A stretch of 64,000 nucleotides of DNA from Camelus dromedarius (Eukaryota). Position numbers and translations under genes: made by a program. The notes below the pieces were generated by a model that was given only the letters and a program-made list of their open reading frames with translations, made no database searches and was not told the DNA's origin. The stretch lies in NCBI RefSeq assembly GCF_036321535.1, contig NC_087437.1:72480001-72544000 (forward strand), read 5' to 3'. The first letter of the stretch is position 1. Every line of letters starts with the position of its first letter. Below are positions 14,091 through 26,388 of the stretch, one piece after another.

Positions 14091-15598
14091 AAAGGACTGT
14101 GTTTATTGAGGAAGTTTTAGAAAATACAGAGAAATATAAAGGGAAAAAAATCATGAATCTCGTGATTCCAATGCCCCAGGAATAACTCATCTCAATGTTT
14201 TTATTCTATTCCTTCTCGTCTATGTCCTTGTTATCATATCTCTTCCCAATAGCCCATAAACGCAACTTAGCCTGGATCTCAGCTCCTCGGTGTCACTGTG
14301 TAATACAAAGGCAGGTGCTCACTCCCTGACTCGGGCGCCTCCCGCACCTTCTCCATACCTTTCTAATGAGATTTATCACATCATAATTTAACTGAGCATC
14401 TTCAGATTTGTGTAACTTCAGTAGTTCTAGTGCTTGATATAATGCTTTAAGCATGGAAGATTTTTTAGTAAATTGTGGTCACAGGATGAACAAACATTAC
14501 ATGAGTGATGTATAAGCATTACAAATAAGTCAATTTGGGCATTCTTGGAAGAGGAAGACATGTTCCTTTTCAGGTTCTTGTTTTTCAGGGAAATTTACCC
14601 TTCACTTTGGCTGAATCTGAGGATCTTTTCACAAATGTCCAAATCGAATGCCTCTTGACCCATTTTGACAAAATGTTGACTTTCTGACTAGTTAGTTTTC
14701 AAGGACCCCAGAAATGACTACAGGAGATGTTCCTTGGAGGCCACCGTGCCAACAAGGCACAGGCTTTTCCAGATTTTTATTGTTCACAATGCCTCTCCGA
14801 AAAAGCAGCAGTATCTTTTTAGGAGGCTTATTCCTGAGTGCCTCATCGGAAGTTAGTGCTTAAAACTACCCAGAGAAAGAAAACTGGGATTGTTATCGCT
14901 AAAGGGTCTCGTTTCTAAAACCACTGCTCCCTTTATTCTCTCTCCCATAGTCTTCACCTCCTGAATCGATGAGACCCAGAGATAGCAGTTTAGATAGAAA
15001 CACAGGCGAGCAAAAGGGGTCTTGAACAGGAGGCAGTTTACTTTTAAATGGGGTGAGGAAAACACCTCTGATCAGCCTTCTTCCCAAAAGCTCTGTTGCC
15101 CCCTTCCCACAGTGTAGACTATGCAGGGGTTTCATCACAGATGTCGCTTCCTCCAGGAAGACACCCTGATCCCTCCAGACTAAGCTGATGCCCCTGCTTC
15201 CCACCCTAGGTCCTCCCAAGGTGTAGCACAGCTTTCTTACTGAAGCATGTGACATGCAGTTTTTCAACTGCCCAGCCCCTCCTCTGCATTCCCTAGTGGA
15301 CTAGAAGCTCTCTCTGTCACATTTCTGGCATAACAAATGCTCAGTAGGTGGCACAGAGGACACAATCAGCAGCTGGATCTCAGCAAAAACATTTGGTAAG
15401 TGGGCAGCATCCCACATTCGCCAAAGTAAAACCAGCATCATTGGCTTCCTCGACTCAGTTTTTCTTTGCCTACTTACCCCATTCTGTCTCTTATCAGCTC
15501 CTTTGCTAAGAGGCTGAGAGGCTCTGCAGAGCATTCAGCGCCTTCCACGCGTGTGTCTGCAGATGTGACCACCGCCATCTCGGCCCACTCTCTCTTAC

Positions 15599-15871
15599 CT
15601 TTGTTCACCGTTTCCCTGTAGTTGGTCACAGTCCCCAGGTACAGCACCTGGCAGATCACCTCCTTCCCCACCTGACTCTTGGGGTCTTTGACCTGGAGGA
15701 TGCTGGTGACAGATGTTGTCCCATTGGGGTGTGAGAGAATCTCAGTACTGTTCTCAATCCCCGACCCAGAGACCTTCCAGGAGATCACAGGGGCTGGGCG
15801 AGCATTGGCAGAGCAAGTGATATTTAGGTGGTCTTCAGAGAATTTGTAGTGAAGGAAAACTTTGGGCTGTA
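15599..15871 (-). CDS. CD200: CD200 exon 4, Ig C-type domain ([28 protein letters not shown]...[20 protein letters not shown])
   Basis: Poly-T tract with cccag| acceptor and donor G|gtaaga. 273 nt, phase 1 to phase 1. Matches CD200 domain 2. Confidence 0.96.
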
Positions 15872-17029
15872 CTGGGACAAAAAAAAAAAAAATGACCTGC
15901 CATCAGTTAAACATCTAGTCAGAGGCCCACACTCTCCCCAGAGATGAAAGAAAGATCTTTACAGAAAGACAGTGGGGGCTAGAAACATAAGGTGGCACCT
16001 CCGATCCAAACTGGGGCCTTCTCAGTTCCTTCTGTATCTAATTCTCTGACCTGCAGGATAGAGACTGACCTAGTACAACCCTGTGACAAGAAAGATCCTC
16101 TGTGTAGTTTGTCTCTAGGAGGTTAAGCTGCGCGGACAGAGGGTACCCTCCCCCTCCCCGAGCCTCAGTATGCTTTTCTCTTTTCCTTGTGCAACGCAAC
16201 ATCTCCGCCTTCTTCTAGATATCCCCTTCAAAGAGTTTGACAATGACCACCAGTCAGCACCTCTATCCATGTAGCCTGCACTTCTCAGAAGCACCAGGGC
16301 AGTTTCAGAACAGAGAGCCTATAGAGGGGCTGCCACTTAGAGATGGCCCTCTTCTGCTTGGAACTGGGCTAGTGAATGACATGTATGGAGCAGACTTGGA
16401 AAGCCCCAGTTTGAAATATCTATACAAAATGTAACTTAGGAATTCACAGCCAATAGTCAGAAAAAAAATCACAGAATGACAGTTGTAAGGACCTTGGAGA
16501 TCACCTTCTGGAGTTAAGAGAAAATTAACTAGCTTATGAAAAAAGAAGATTATTTTTAGGTCAGCTGTACCCCATTCCCTTTCAAAAGTCCCTTGACTAA
16601 TGAGTTCATTTTCCTTGTAATATACAGCTTATCTCTGCTGGGGAAATGCAAACTTGCCTTTCTGTGGTTGGCTTTGGAGCCCACAAGATGATTAAAGGAT
16701 AGTGCTAAATAAAAATCTGTCTGACTTAGAGGGTCAAGGAGTGGGTGGGTGGCAGTAGGCTGGAGGAAATGGGCCCTATAGGAATGTGGCTCTGTCCAGA
16801 ATGTCCACATTACTAACATCAGTGAGCCCTGGAGGAAGTGAGATAAAATGAAGGAAGACGAGTATGGTGGCATGGCCAGATTGGCTGGCAGGGCTCTCTA
16901 GTATATCAAAGAATGACTTAGATGAAAGCTATAAGGTGTGGCTGGAAAGGGTCAGTGTGGAAAAGAACTACAGGATTACCAGCTAGAAGACTCAGAGGCA
17001 TCTGCTTTTCAAGCAAAAAAATATAATGA

Positions 17030-17312
17030 AAAGTAAGAGTAAAGAAGGGGGAATGGAAGAAAGAGAAAGATGAGCAAAGAAGAGAAAGAAAAGAAAAAGA
17101 AACAGAAATGATAAAACTATGACACAAGAAGGAAAAGGAAGAAAAAGGAGACAGGAAGAAGAAAGGAAGGAAAGGAAGATGGAAGGAAAGGAGAGAGAGG
17201 AAGGGAGGGAGAGAAGAAAAAAGGGGGCAAAGGAATAAAAGGAAAGGGAAGAGGGAGGGGGGATTGGAGGTGGGGAGAGAGACAGAAGGGGACAGAGAGG
17301 ATGAAAGAAGTG
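17030..17312. repeat. Purine-rich (GA) low-complexity tract in CD200 intron 3
   Basis: Almost entirely G and A on the plus strand. Confidence 0.9.
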
Positions 17313-18204
17313 GAAATCAACAAGAAAGCCTGATGCAAGATCCTGCAGAGAGGACTCACTATAAGCAAAATATTCGGTGTCGTCCTTCTGCTTGCATTCC
17401 TATTTACTGAGTTTCCTCCTATCCTCTGTTCAGTATTCTTACTGTGCTCAAACTCTCACTTTAACATTCCTGATAACCCTGCCTGTTTCTCTTCCCTTCA
17501 AAGACCATCAACAAGTGTGCCATGCTCCAATGTTACCCCTTATTTCTACCTCTCAATTCTTGATCTCAGCTAAGCATCAGTTAAGAGGAAAGGAACCTTG
17601 TCAAGCTAAGCCTTTTGGATTTTAAAAGAATGCTTATTATTCAGTTAAATCCCCAGTAGGCATCAGGTATGAAAAGCCTCATATCCCCTTATCAGTCCTG
17701 AGAAAGTGAGCCTGAAACAAAATGAGAGGGACGCCCATAACCAGCTCCAGGTGAGCCCAATCTAGCTTTGTCCTTAGATCTAAAAATATTAAAGCTGTTA
17801 GAGACCCAAGAGATGATCTATTTCACACTTACAGTGCAGATAAATAAACTGTGGTACAGAGAGTAGACAGGACCCTTCTAGGGGCATGTGATTGCTAATG
17901 GCAAAGCCAGGTCTGAACCATGTAACTGCTTACGAAGAACTTGTCCTCATTATGGTCCTTAATTTACTCTTGTTGACAACAGGATTCTTTAAGGCAAAGA
18001 TAACTCTAGCCAGAGATTCAATATATCATGTAACCGTGAACTCTCCAAATAACCATAACCACAATTACAGTAGACGTGGAAGCCAAGTGTTCTCCCATGA
18101 GCCTCTGGGATTAGGATCCTGAAAAACTAGGCACTACCACTATGTTCCAGACATTCTTGAGAGTAACATTTCTAGCTAAAGACAATGTATTCAGAGATTC
18201 TCAC

Positions 18205-18525
18205 CAGAGAGGGTGAGGCAGGCTACTCCTGAGATCTTCCCAGAACCAAAGGTATTGAAGAGGCACTTGTAACACCCCTCATCCTCCAAGGTGGTATTCC
18301 AGAAGGTAATGGTTGAGTTCATGAGTCCCAGTTGGGTGATGTTTATCTTGTCCTTATAGGCAGGCTGGACTACAACCCCATGGTTCTCGCTGAAGGTGAT
18401 CATGTTTTCCGGGCTTACAGCCTTGATTTTTTGCCATGTCACAATCAAGACTTCTTGGGGATTTTGCAGAGAGCAGCTTAAAGAGGCAGGTGTGTTCAGC
18501 GGCTCTCTTACATCCTGGGTCACCA
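18205..18525 (-). CDS. CD200: CD200 exon 3, IgV domain ([21 protein letters not shown]...[24 protein letters not shown])
   Basis: ORF 18191..18553 is clearly the CD200 V domain. Donor G|gtgaga after 18205. The 5' boundary is uncertain: the homology-expected start (18531) is preceded by GG, and the nearest in-frame AG gives 18525. Confidence 0.93.
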
Positions 18526-19199
18526 CTTTCACCATGGAATCATAAAAGAACATTATACTTTAAATTTTAATACATACACAAATATACATTTTCTGATTTA
18601 AAAAAAACACATGCTTAAAGTCAAATTTAGGAAAGTTAAAAAAATGCAAAGAAAGAGAAAACATTTACCTACATTCCTGATGCTGCTAAAGAAATATAAG
18701 TTCAAATATATTTGTTCAGTCTTTAAGAGTAGAAAAACAAGAAAGCGAATTCCCGGTGACCAGAAATTGCATGAAGAATCCTTATAAGCCGAAAAGTAGG
18801 TGAAGTGAGGTTGAAGATGGCAACTGCCAGATAGGACAGAAGCATCACCAAGTGTGTTTACTTGAGAGGTATAAGCTAGGAATGAGAAAGGGTCAATGGG
18901 CAATAGGCAGAGTGATTAGTTTACGTGAAGAAGGTATATAGGCCTTAACCATTCCCTGCACACACTCTGCAAAGGAACGGGCAGCAATAGTGATGGCTGC
19001 CTTCAGGAAGCAGTGGTGAAGGCAGGAACATAAGACAGAGAGATATACAGGACAATGCTCCAGGAGGCTGACTGTACCAGAGAGCTTTGACAACCGAATG
19101 ACAATCTACACATTCTCCCATTTTTACTGAATGCAGTGCAGAATATAAGGTATGGCAGTAATTCCTTCTCTCTCCAATACTGGCTATTCATGTTGATAT

Positions 19200-20480
19200 G
19201 ATAGATGACTCAATGGGAAATCTCAATATAATAACAAAAAGCCAAACATTCGAGAAAGCTAACAGAATGATAGAAGAGTAATAAACTTTACAAACCCAAG
19301 AACTCATACCAGATGAATAAAGATACCATAAATCAAAAAACACTTTGACACGAATAAATGTGGTATCTTAAGTGCGAAAAGGAAGCAGCATCGTAAATAG
19401 TAGAAACTGGAGATGTAGAAATGAGAAATATAAAATCTTGACAGATTGGCTGACTTAGCAGAGTGGTTATCACTGAAGAGTAAATTAGTAAGTAGGAAGA
19501 TCAGGTCATGGAATTCTCTCAGAAAGTAGCACAAAGGGATAAAGATATAAAAGGTATTAGAGAGAAATTGAAAGACTGCACTATTTCAGTATCAGTCCAG
19601 TAGGACTTTTAAAAGGGAAAAAAAAAGGGAGACCAGAAGTCAAAAACACTGTAAGGGACAAAAATGTAGTTTTCAAAATGATAAAAGGAGGAATATAAAA
19701 TAAGATATATTAATCATGAACCTTCATGCACCTACAAACACAACTGAAATATATAAAAACTAATAGAACTACAAAGAAAAATATATAAATCTACAATCAT
19801 AATGGGAGAGTTTTTCATAGTTCTCTCAGATTTTCACTTGTATATATTAAAAAAGAAAAGCAGTAAGATCAAATATAAGGATATAGAAGATTTGAAAAAC
19901 AAACATATATATACAAATTATTATATATGTATGTGTATAATAGCATGTATTTATAAATTTTACCCAAAAGAAAACAGTCTTTTCAAGCAACACGTGGAAC
20001 ATATCCCAAAACTGAATTTAGTGCACAAAAAATGACCTTGAACACTGTCCATAGTGCAATAACATTATAAATTTACATAATTCTTTTCACTCTTTAATTA
20101 TACCAGAAATCATAGCAAGAACTATGAGTTACTATGAATGACAATGAGAATATCCTATATTAAAATCTGTAGAAACTGATAAAGCAGTTCTCAGAGGGAA
20201 ATATTTAATCCTAACTTAATTTATTAAGAAACAAGAAAGATTGAAAAATGAGTACACACACATATCCAAAATTCCCACCCACCAAAAAATAATAAAAGGA
20301 GTTAGTTAATAAAGTTAAAAGTGTAAATTAATAAAATGGTACACAAAATGTAGACTTAATCAAAAACACCAAAATCTGTTTTTTCTAACACTAATGATAC
20401 AGATAAAATGGCTAGAGTAATCAGGGAAAAAGGAGGCAGCCCAACAACATCCTCTCAACAACCCTGAACATCAGGAATGA
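19200..20480 (+). mobile_element. Old degenerate LINE-1 fragments
   Basis: A-rich with L1 ORF1/ORF2 remnants, for example aaagcagttctcagagggaaat. Confidence 0.6.
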
Positions 20481-20905
20481 ACAGATGGGCACAGCGACAC
20501 GTACAAATCAGGACCCCCGGGTGTCGTGTAAGTCTGGTTTTAGTGAGGGGTACTCTCAGTGGATGTGCAAAGTTCCAGGGCAACATCCGTTATTAGGACC
20601 GGCGTTTCCTAAACATTGGTTGAGATGTTGCAGAGCAGAGATGTGAAGAAATTGCTGCTTTAAGAATGGAGAGGAGAAAAGGGTATCAAAGCTAGAGTTT
20701 TAACACCTTGGGCGATTTTCCTCTTTGACTATGGAAGAAACAATTTAGTGGAAAGTTTACAATTCTTTGCTGCTTGTATGAAATTCCATTTAGAGTCCCC
20801 CAGTCGTAAATCCTGTGCTGCAGATGGTGTGACGCTACCCCTTCCCACCCCAAGAAGGCTGATGGAGAGCAACAGCACACAGGAGGAGATAAAAGCCCAG
20901 CAGCA

Positions 20906-21058
20906 CTTCCTTCTGTGTAGCACAGGGAACTACAGTCAACATCCTGTGACAACCTTTAATGAAAAGGAATATACGTATGTATATGCATGCCTGGGGCATT
21001 ATGGGGTACACCAGAAATCGACACATTGTAACTGACTATATTTCAATAAAAAAAAACC
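20906..21058 (+). mobile_element. Short LINE-1 3' end insertion in CD200 intron 2
   Basis: tagcacagggaactac...cattgtaactgactatatttcaataaaaaa, flanked on both sides by ccagcagca. Confidence 0.8.
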
Positions 21059-21623
21059 AAACGGGCCAGCAGCAAGGTGAGGGGTGGTGTCTTATGGAAT
21101 CATGGAGAAAGGTCTAACACAAGTAGGAAACTCAGCAGGTAAGTGGGCAGTGCAGGTGTATGGTTTAGGCAATAGACTATGTGAACCTATGTAACCTCCC
21201 TATTTCATTATTTTTAATATTTTTCTGTAAAAGAGGGACACGCCTAATTTTAAGGCTTATTGCTAAATTACCTTCCAAAAAGGCCCTATTCACTCATATT
21301 CCCCCAAGTATTCCCAATTCTTTACAAACATAGAGCATTACTATTTTAATCATTATTCAACTTGATAGATGAAAAATTAATCTTAATTTAGAAAGAATTT
21401 TTACATCTGTTTTGTCTATGAAAACAGTTTCTAAATATCAAAGTCTTTGATAACAAAAATGGGGAAAGTAGAAAGAACCACTCCCACTCTTCCAAACGAA
21501 TCACACGTTGAAATAATCCACGCAGACAGACGAAACAGCACAGCACAAACAATAGTGGCCAAATGGCTCCACTCTAGAAATTGTGTTTCCTGGATTCCAA
21601 GCAGGGCAATGGAGTATCTTTAC

Positions 21624-21705
21624 CTTGTGCCTCGCATAGTATCAGAGCTGACAAGAACCAGATCAGTTTGCAGGAGAACAGATGACAGAAGAGCCTCCTG
21701 AACAC
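21624..21705 (-). CDS. CD200: CD200 exon 2, signal peptide (VFRRLFCHLFSCKLIWFLSALILCEAQ)
   Basis: Acceptor ttcag| and donor G|gtaaag. 82 nt, phase 0 to phase 1. Resembles the recalled human VIRMPFSHLSTYSLVWVMAAVVLCTAQ. Confidence 0.92.
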
Positions 21706-23399
21706 CTGAAGACAGAAAGCAAAGGACAGAAATGGGCATTTGGATGAGGACAAGGCTAAGGAAGCTTTGATCTGATCGCTATGTCAGGGAATGTTGCAGC
21801 TACAGTTTAACCACTTGGAAACCTTTGGTTTTGTGGCAGAAAAGCAGCAGCGTGTCTCTCATCATGGTGGTCCCTAGCAATGGGAGGCCTTGGCGTCACG
21901 GCAAGGGAACAGTGAAACAGAAAACACAGGAAAGCAAGGCACAGATGCTTTCTGCCCTTGAATTTCAACCAAGTTCTATTACCATCCTCCTGAATTCCCC
22001 ATTCCTGGGGACCAGGCACAGAGCATCCTTTTCAGGACACAAACTGGTGTCTTAGCATAGACACTAGTCAGTCCCTCTTTGCTCCCCCAGCCTAGGGTCA
22101 GAAAAGCTGCCACCTCCATCACCTTGTATTCTTCCCATCAACTCCTTCTTGGATGAACGTTTATCCTTGGTCTTTCAGCATTTAGGCTTTTAAAACTCAA
22201 ATATTTAGGCTCTCGCTATTTAACAACTTTGGCTTCTGAAACTAAAACATTTTCTCTGACATTCTAATCCCATATCAATTTTTTTTAAACCATCATGCCA
22301 CATTGAAATCCAGGCTTTAGCAAAGGCTGTGATGAGGAATGCAGAATAGTTTGTCTCTCAGCATGAAAAATCTGAGGTTTAAGATAGGCGAGAAAGCCAA
22401 AACACAAGATATGTGAACTGGGAGCCAGCAGTGGTCAAGAAACAGAAGCACAGTGACTGAGGCAAAGGGAATTAGAAGGAAAGGCCTGCTATTAAATATA
22501 TACATATTTCCTCTGGCTGACTTGAGTTCAGGCAAGCACAAAGACTAGATGTGTAAGCTGGGACAGATCATTTTACATTTCTGAGATGCAGAAAAAATAT
22601 TCCCAACCTTCTTTCTGTTAAAAAGACTAAATGAGGTCATATATGTAAAGCTCTTGGAACAGTGACTGATAGAAATAAGTACTAGATCAATGTTGCTGTT
22701 ATCTCATTGGGTTACACTGAGAATTTAATACAGTGCCTAAGATATGGTAAATGCCAACATGTGTTACGTGGTTAATCAAATTATACAGAAATGGAAATGG
22801 ATAAGTTCATTTAATAACCCTTCACAAGAGGGCCAGGGTTTACAGAGCCCTGGCTCTTACCTGATAGCTGCCTGCCTGGCAGCTCCATTGTCCCTATACG
22901 TACCTCGTTCCCTGAAAGCTTCTAGGTCCAAATCCTGACCCTGACATATATTACACAGTCACATGGACTTGGAGACATTTTCTGCCTGTTTCTTTGTGAA
23001 ATTGGGTAATAATTCCTCCTTTGACGGATAGTTGTGAAGGTTAAGAGCATCTAGCACATGGTAAACATCACTTGAAGGCCTTTGTTAAGAAAGACATTGA
23101 AATAACCGGCTGTGGGGTCTTGCCAATAAACTATATATGAAAAAAAATATACCCTGAGGCATTACCTGTATTTGGATGTTAATTTTTATTGTTTTCTAAA
23201 ATTATACCAGTGTAAATGAAAACCCTCTCCTTCATTTTGTCATGTATACAGATCCTGAATAAACAAAATGTCTGTCTCTCATAGCCTGGGTTTTAACCCT
23301 GATGTAGCCGATCGTTTATGGCTTCCCAAGGCAAAGGCGCAGAGGATGGAGAAAGAGGCTGGAGCGTCATGGAGGGAGCGAGCTCTCCCAGGGACAGTA

Positions 23400-24270
23400 A
23401 TCCCGAAATTCACAACCCCACCCCAGCTTTCAGGGCCTAAACGGAGCCAATACAGCACCCTCTATCCCTGCCACCAGCGCGCGACCCCCAGGCCCGGTTC
23501 CCCTCCAGGGATGTCAATGGTCTTCGGAGAAGCGCCTGCGGAGCCACCGCCCGGCGGCATCCTTTCTCTAGCACGTTGAGACAGAGAACCGGATGGCCAG
23601 AACGGCCTGTAAACCATCAGCTAGAAGGCAAAATCAGCTTCTCTGCAAGGATAAGCGCTGAGAGGAAAGCGCTAGCAAAAATCCCAGCTCCGGACCAGCC
23701 TGAGGAGGGCCGCAGCCTGGCGCTCTCAGCCCGCCACCGCCCCAGGGCCGCCGGCGCGACACCGCCCACCCCGAGCCCTCTTTCCCTCGCCTGGCCCGGC
23801 TCACCAGCCTCTCCATCCTCGCTCCCGGCCGCGCGCGCTGGCGGGCTTCAGCTGGAGGTCCGGAGGGATCTCACGCCAGACCCGGGGTGCTGGAGGAAGG
23901 TCCTCGCCACTAGGAAGCCCCCCGCAATCGCAGTGATTCCCCGCCCCTCACTCCTCCCCCTGCCCCGCCCCCTTACTTTCCCCTGCACACACACATACAC
24001 ACACTTACACACATCACACACACAAAGGAGCCGAGGCCAGGTAGGTTAGTGCTAGGCAATTAAATGCCTTCTAAAAACATGCTCATCTTTTTTCTATCTT
24101 CAAACAGTTCGAATTTTTCAGAGATGGCAACTGGGGAAACGGAGAAAGTGTTTGAAAAAAATATACACTTTTCCCATTTTCATCTTACAGAGAGAAAGGA
24201 TACAGGGCGAGATCGGAGGACGTGAAGCGTTTCACGGCATTCGCGCTGGGAGGAATGGCAGTCTGCGCTG
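23400..24270. promoter_or_regulatory. CD200: CpG island and CD200 promoter with GC boxes
   Basis: The most GC- and CpG-rich block in the window, surrounding exon 1. CCCGCCCC motifs near 23940-23947 and 23963-23971. Confidence 0.85.
23805..23816 (-). CDS. CD200: CD200 coding exon 1 (MERL)
   Basis: Minus strand reads ATG GAG AGG CTG then donor GTGAGC. MERL is the known CD200 N-terminus. Lies in a CpG island. Confidence 0.93.
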
Positions 24271-26348
24271 TGGAGCAGGCATGTAGGAAATGATTTTTGA
24301 GCAGTGTTACAGTTTCCCCAGTTACCACCTCTGAAAAATGCAAATATTTTGAAGCCGAATCTAACCAAGAAGCACTTTACAAAAAACAAATGTATATTTA
24401 TTTTTATCCAGAACCAAATTGTATCTTTAAGCCGTCAACGTCGCTCTTTCACCAGTGTGACTGGATTTCTTTTCTGTGAGGCATTTTCTAACACTTGCGT
24501 TGATGCTGAGGATTCTTCTTATTTTAACAAGTTCCAGAGTTCTTGGCTCTTAAAAAATAAACAAAGACAAACAGATCAATGAAGTGCTCAATTCCTAAAG
24601 CCTTTCCTGTTTGCCCACCAGCACCCCTCTGACAAGGTGCTGGAACAGAGCCTTTACTTAAGGATTCATGGGGCTGTAAATCCCAGGGCTGTAAATAAAA
24701 AATGACTGATTTTTTTTTTCAGAAAAACATTAACATAAAGTACACATTGAAAGGACCAAAAGATTCACAGAGTGGCAAACAGGCATTTATAAGAGAAAGC
24801 CAACTTAAGGACATATTATAATGAAATGAAGAAGATCAAAGTAAGGAAATCGAAGAGAAAATTCTTAAAGCTTCAAAAATGAGAAGTAGAGACACTGAAG
24901 AAAAGAAACAAAGTGACTTTGTCACAAGGCAGTGCTGGATGCAATGAGCTAATTTTCAAAATATTAAAGAAAATCAGCTTTGAATTCCACTTTGCCTTTT
25001 ATAAATATTGCTACAAAGGTATATTTTAAAAAATACTTTTCACTTTTGATTGTGTTATTCATAGAGGAAAGTGCATACCTCATGAGTACACAGTTTGAAT
25101 TGCCATAGAGTAAACATGCTTGCATAGCTGTGAGCAGATAAAACCCTGACGGTTCCCAGCCCCACAGAGCCGGTTCCACCCTCTTTGCTCACTCTTCCTG
25201 CACTACTGCCTCTGCCACCACCCACTGCTCTCTTACTCTTAGCATCATGAAATAGGCCTGCCTGTTAGTGAACTTGATATAAATGACATCATGGAGTATG
25301 TCCTCACTTGTATCTGGGTTCTTTCACTCAACAGTAGATTTGAAAAATTCATCCATGATTTTGCATGTCGCTGTGAGTCATTCATTCTCACTGCTGTATA
25401 CTATCCCATTCTGTAAACACCACATTTATTTACTACTTTACTGTTACTAGACATTTGTGTGTTTTCCATTTGGGGGTTATTTTTAATAGTGGTGCTATAA
25501 ACATTTTTATACATGGCTTTTCCTAAACATGTGTACATCATTCTGTTAGATTATTTTTTGTTTTATCTCTTCCTCTTCATTTTTAATCTTTCTCTATTCT
25601 TTTCTTTCCCAATTGTGTAGATGATATTTTGTGGGACTTCAATTTTTTAAAACTACTGGAAGACTCTGTCCTAAATTTTAAGAGCAAAATATTACAAAAT
25701 GACAGGATGAAAAAAGATTTTGTTAAGCATATAAACCTCAGAAAATGTATTATATCAGGACTCTCCTTGAAAACACTTTTGAAAAAAGCATTCTGGAAAA
25801 AAGAAAAATGAACCCAGGAGGATGCTACATAGAAAGATATGCAGAAAGGACATATAACTTATCAAAATTTGTAACTGCCTAAAAAAGCAAGATTCCCCCA
25901 AATCATGTATCTATAATAAAATAATACAAAAATTCAAACCTACATGGAAGGACATAAGGGTTTAGGTAATAAGATTATGAGAAGTAGGTGAGAATTATGC
26001 CAAGATGTATATGCTTAAGAAATAGACATTAAAAAATAAATATAAGTATTATTCTTAGTAAGTTAGGGCAAAGCATCAAAAGAATAGCATAATGTATGAC
26101 TCAAACTAGAAAAAGAATATTTAACCTAATGAAAGACAGCACAGGAGAAAATAGAAAAATATTACCAAAATGACATATAAAGGTAAAAATTAAATGGAAA
26201 AAAATGCCCTATTAGTAACTATGACACGTATGAATAAGGTGAAAACACAAAAGATAGAGACTTGGGATACAGATGAGTGAACCAAAGAGGGGAAAAAATT
26301 TCCTGCCATCATGGAAAATAAATATTACTTTAAAAATTCTTTGGAAGA

Positions 26349-26388
26349 AGGGTGAAGGTACAGCTCAGTGGCAGAGTGCATGCCTAGC
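26349..26388 (+). mobile_element. 5' fragment of a Vic-1-like SINE, truncated before the B box
   Basis: ggtacagctcagtggcagagtgcatgcctagc matches the head of the SINE at 2497. Confidence 0.7.

Noticed and set aside
17117..17368. Hydrophobic ORF resembling a membrane protein
   Set aside because: It is the translation of the low-complexity CT/GA tract.
21807..21930. Counterpart of the human CD200 alternative exon between exons 1 and 2
   Set aside because: Only a faint resemblance (ctagg..gaccaccat) to a remembered sequence, with no convincing splice-site pair.
23576..24049. 157-aa plus-strand ORF over the CD200 promoter
   Set aside because: Begins at TTG, is Pro/Ala/Arg-rich as expected from GC-rich stop-poor DNA, and has no recognisable domain.
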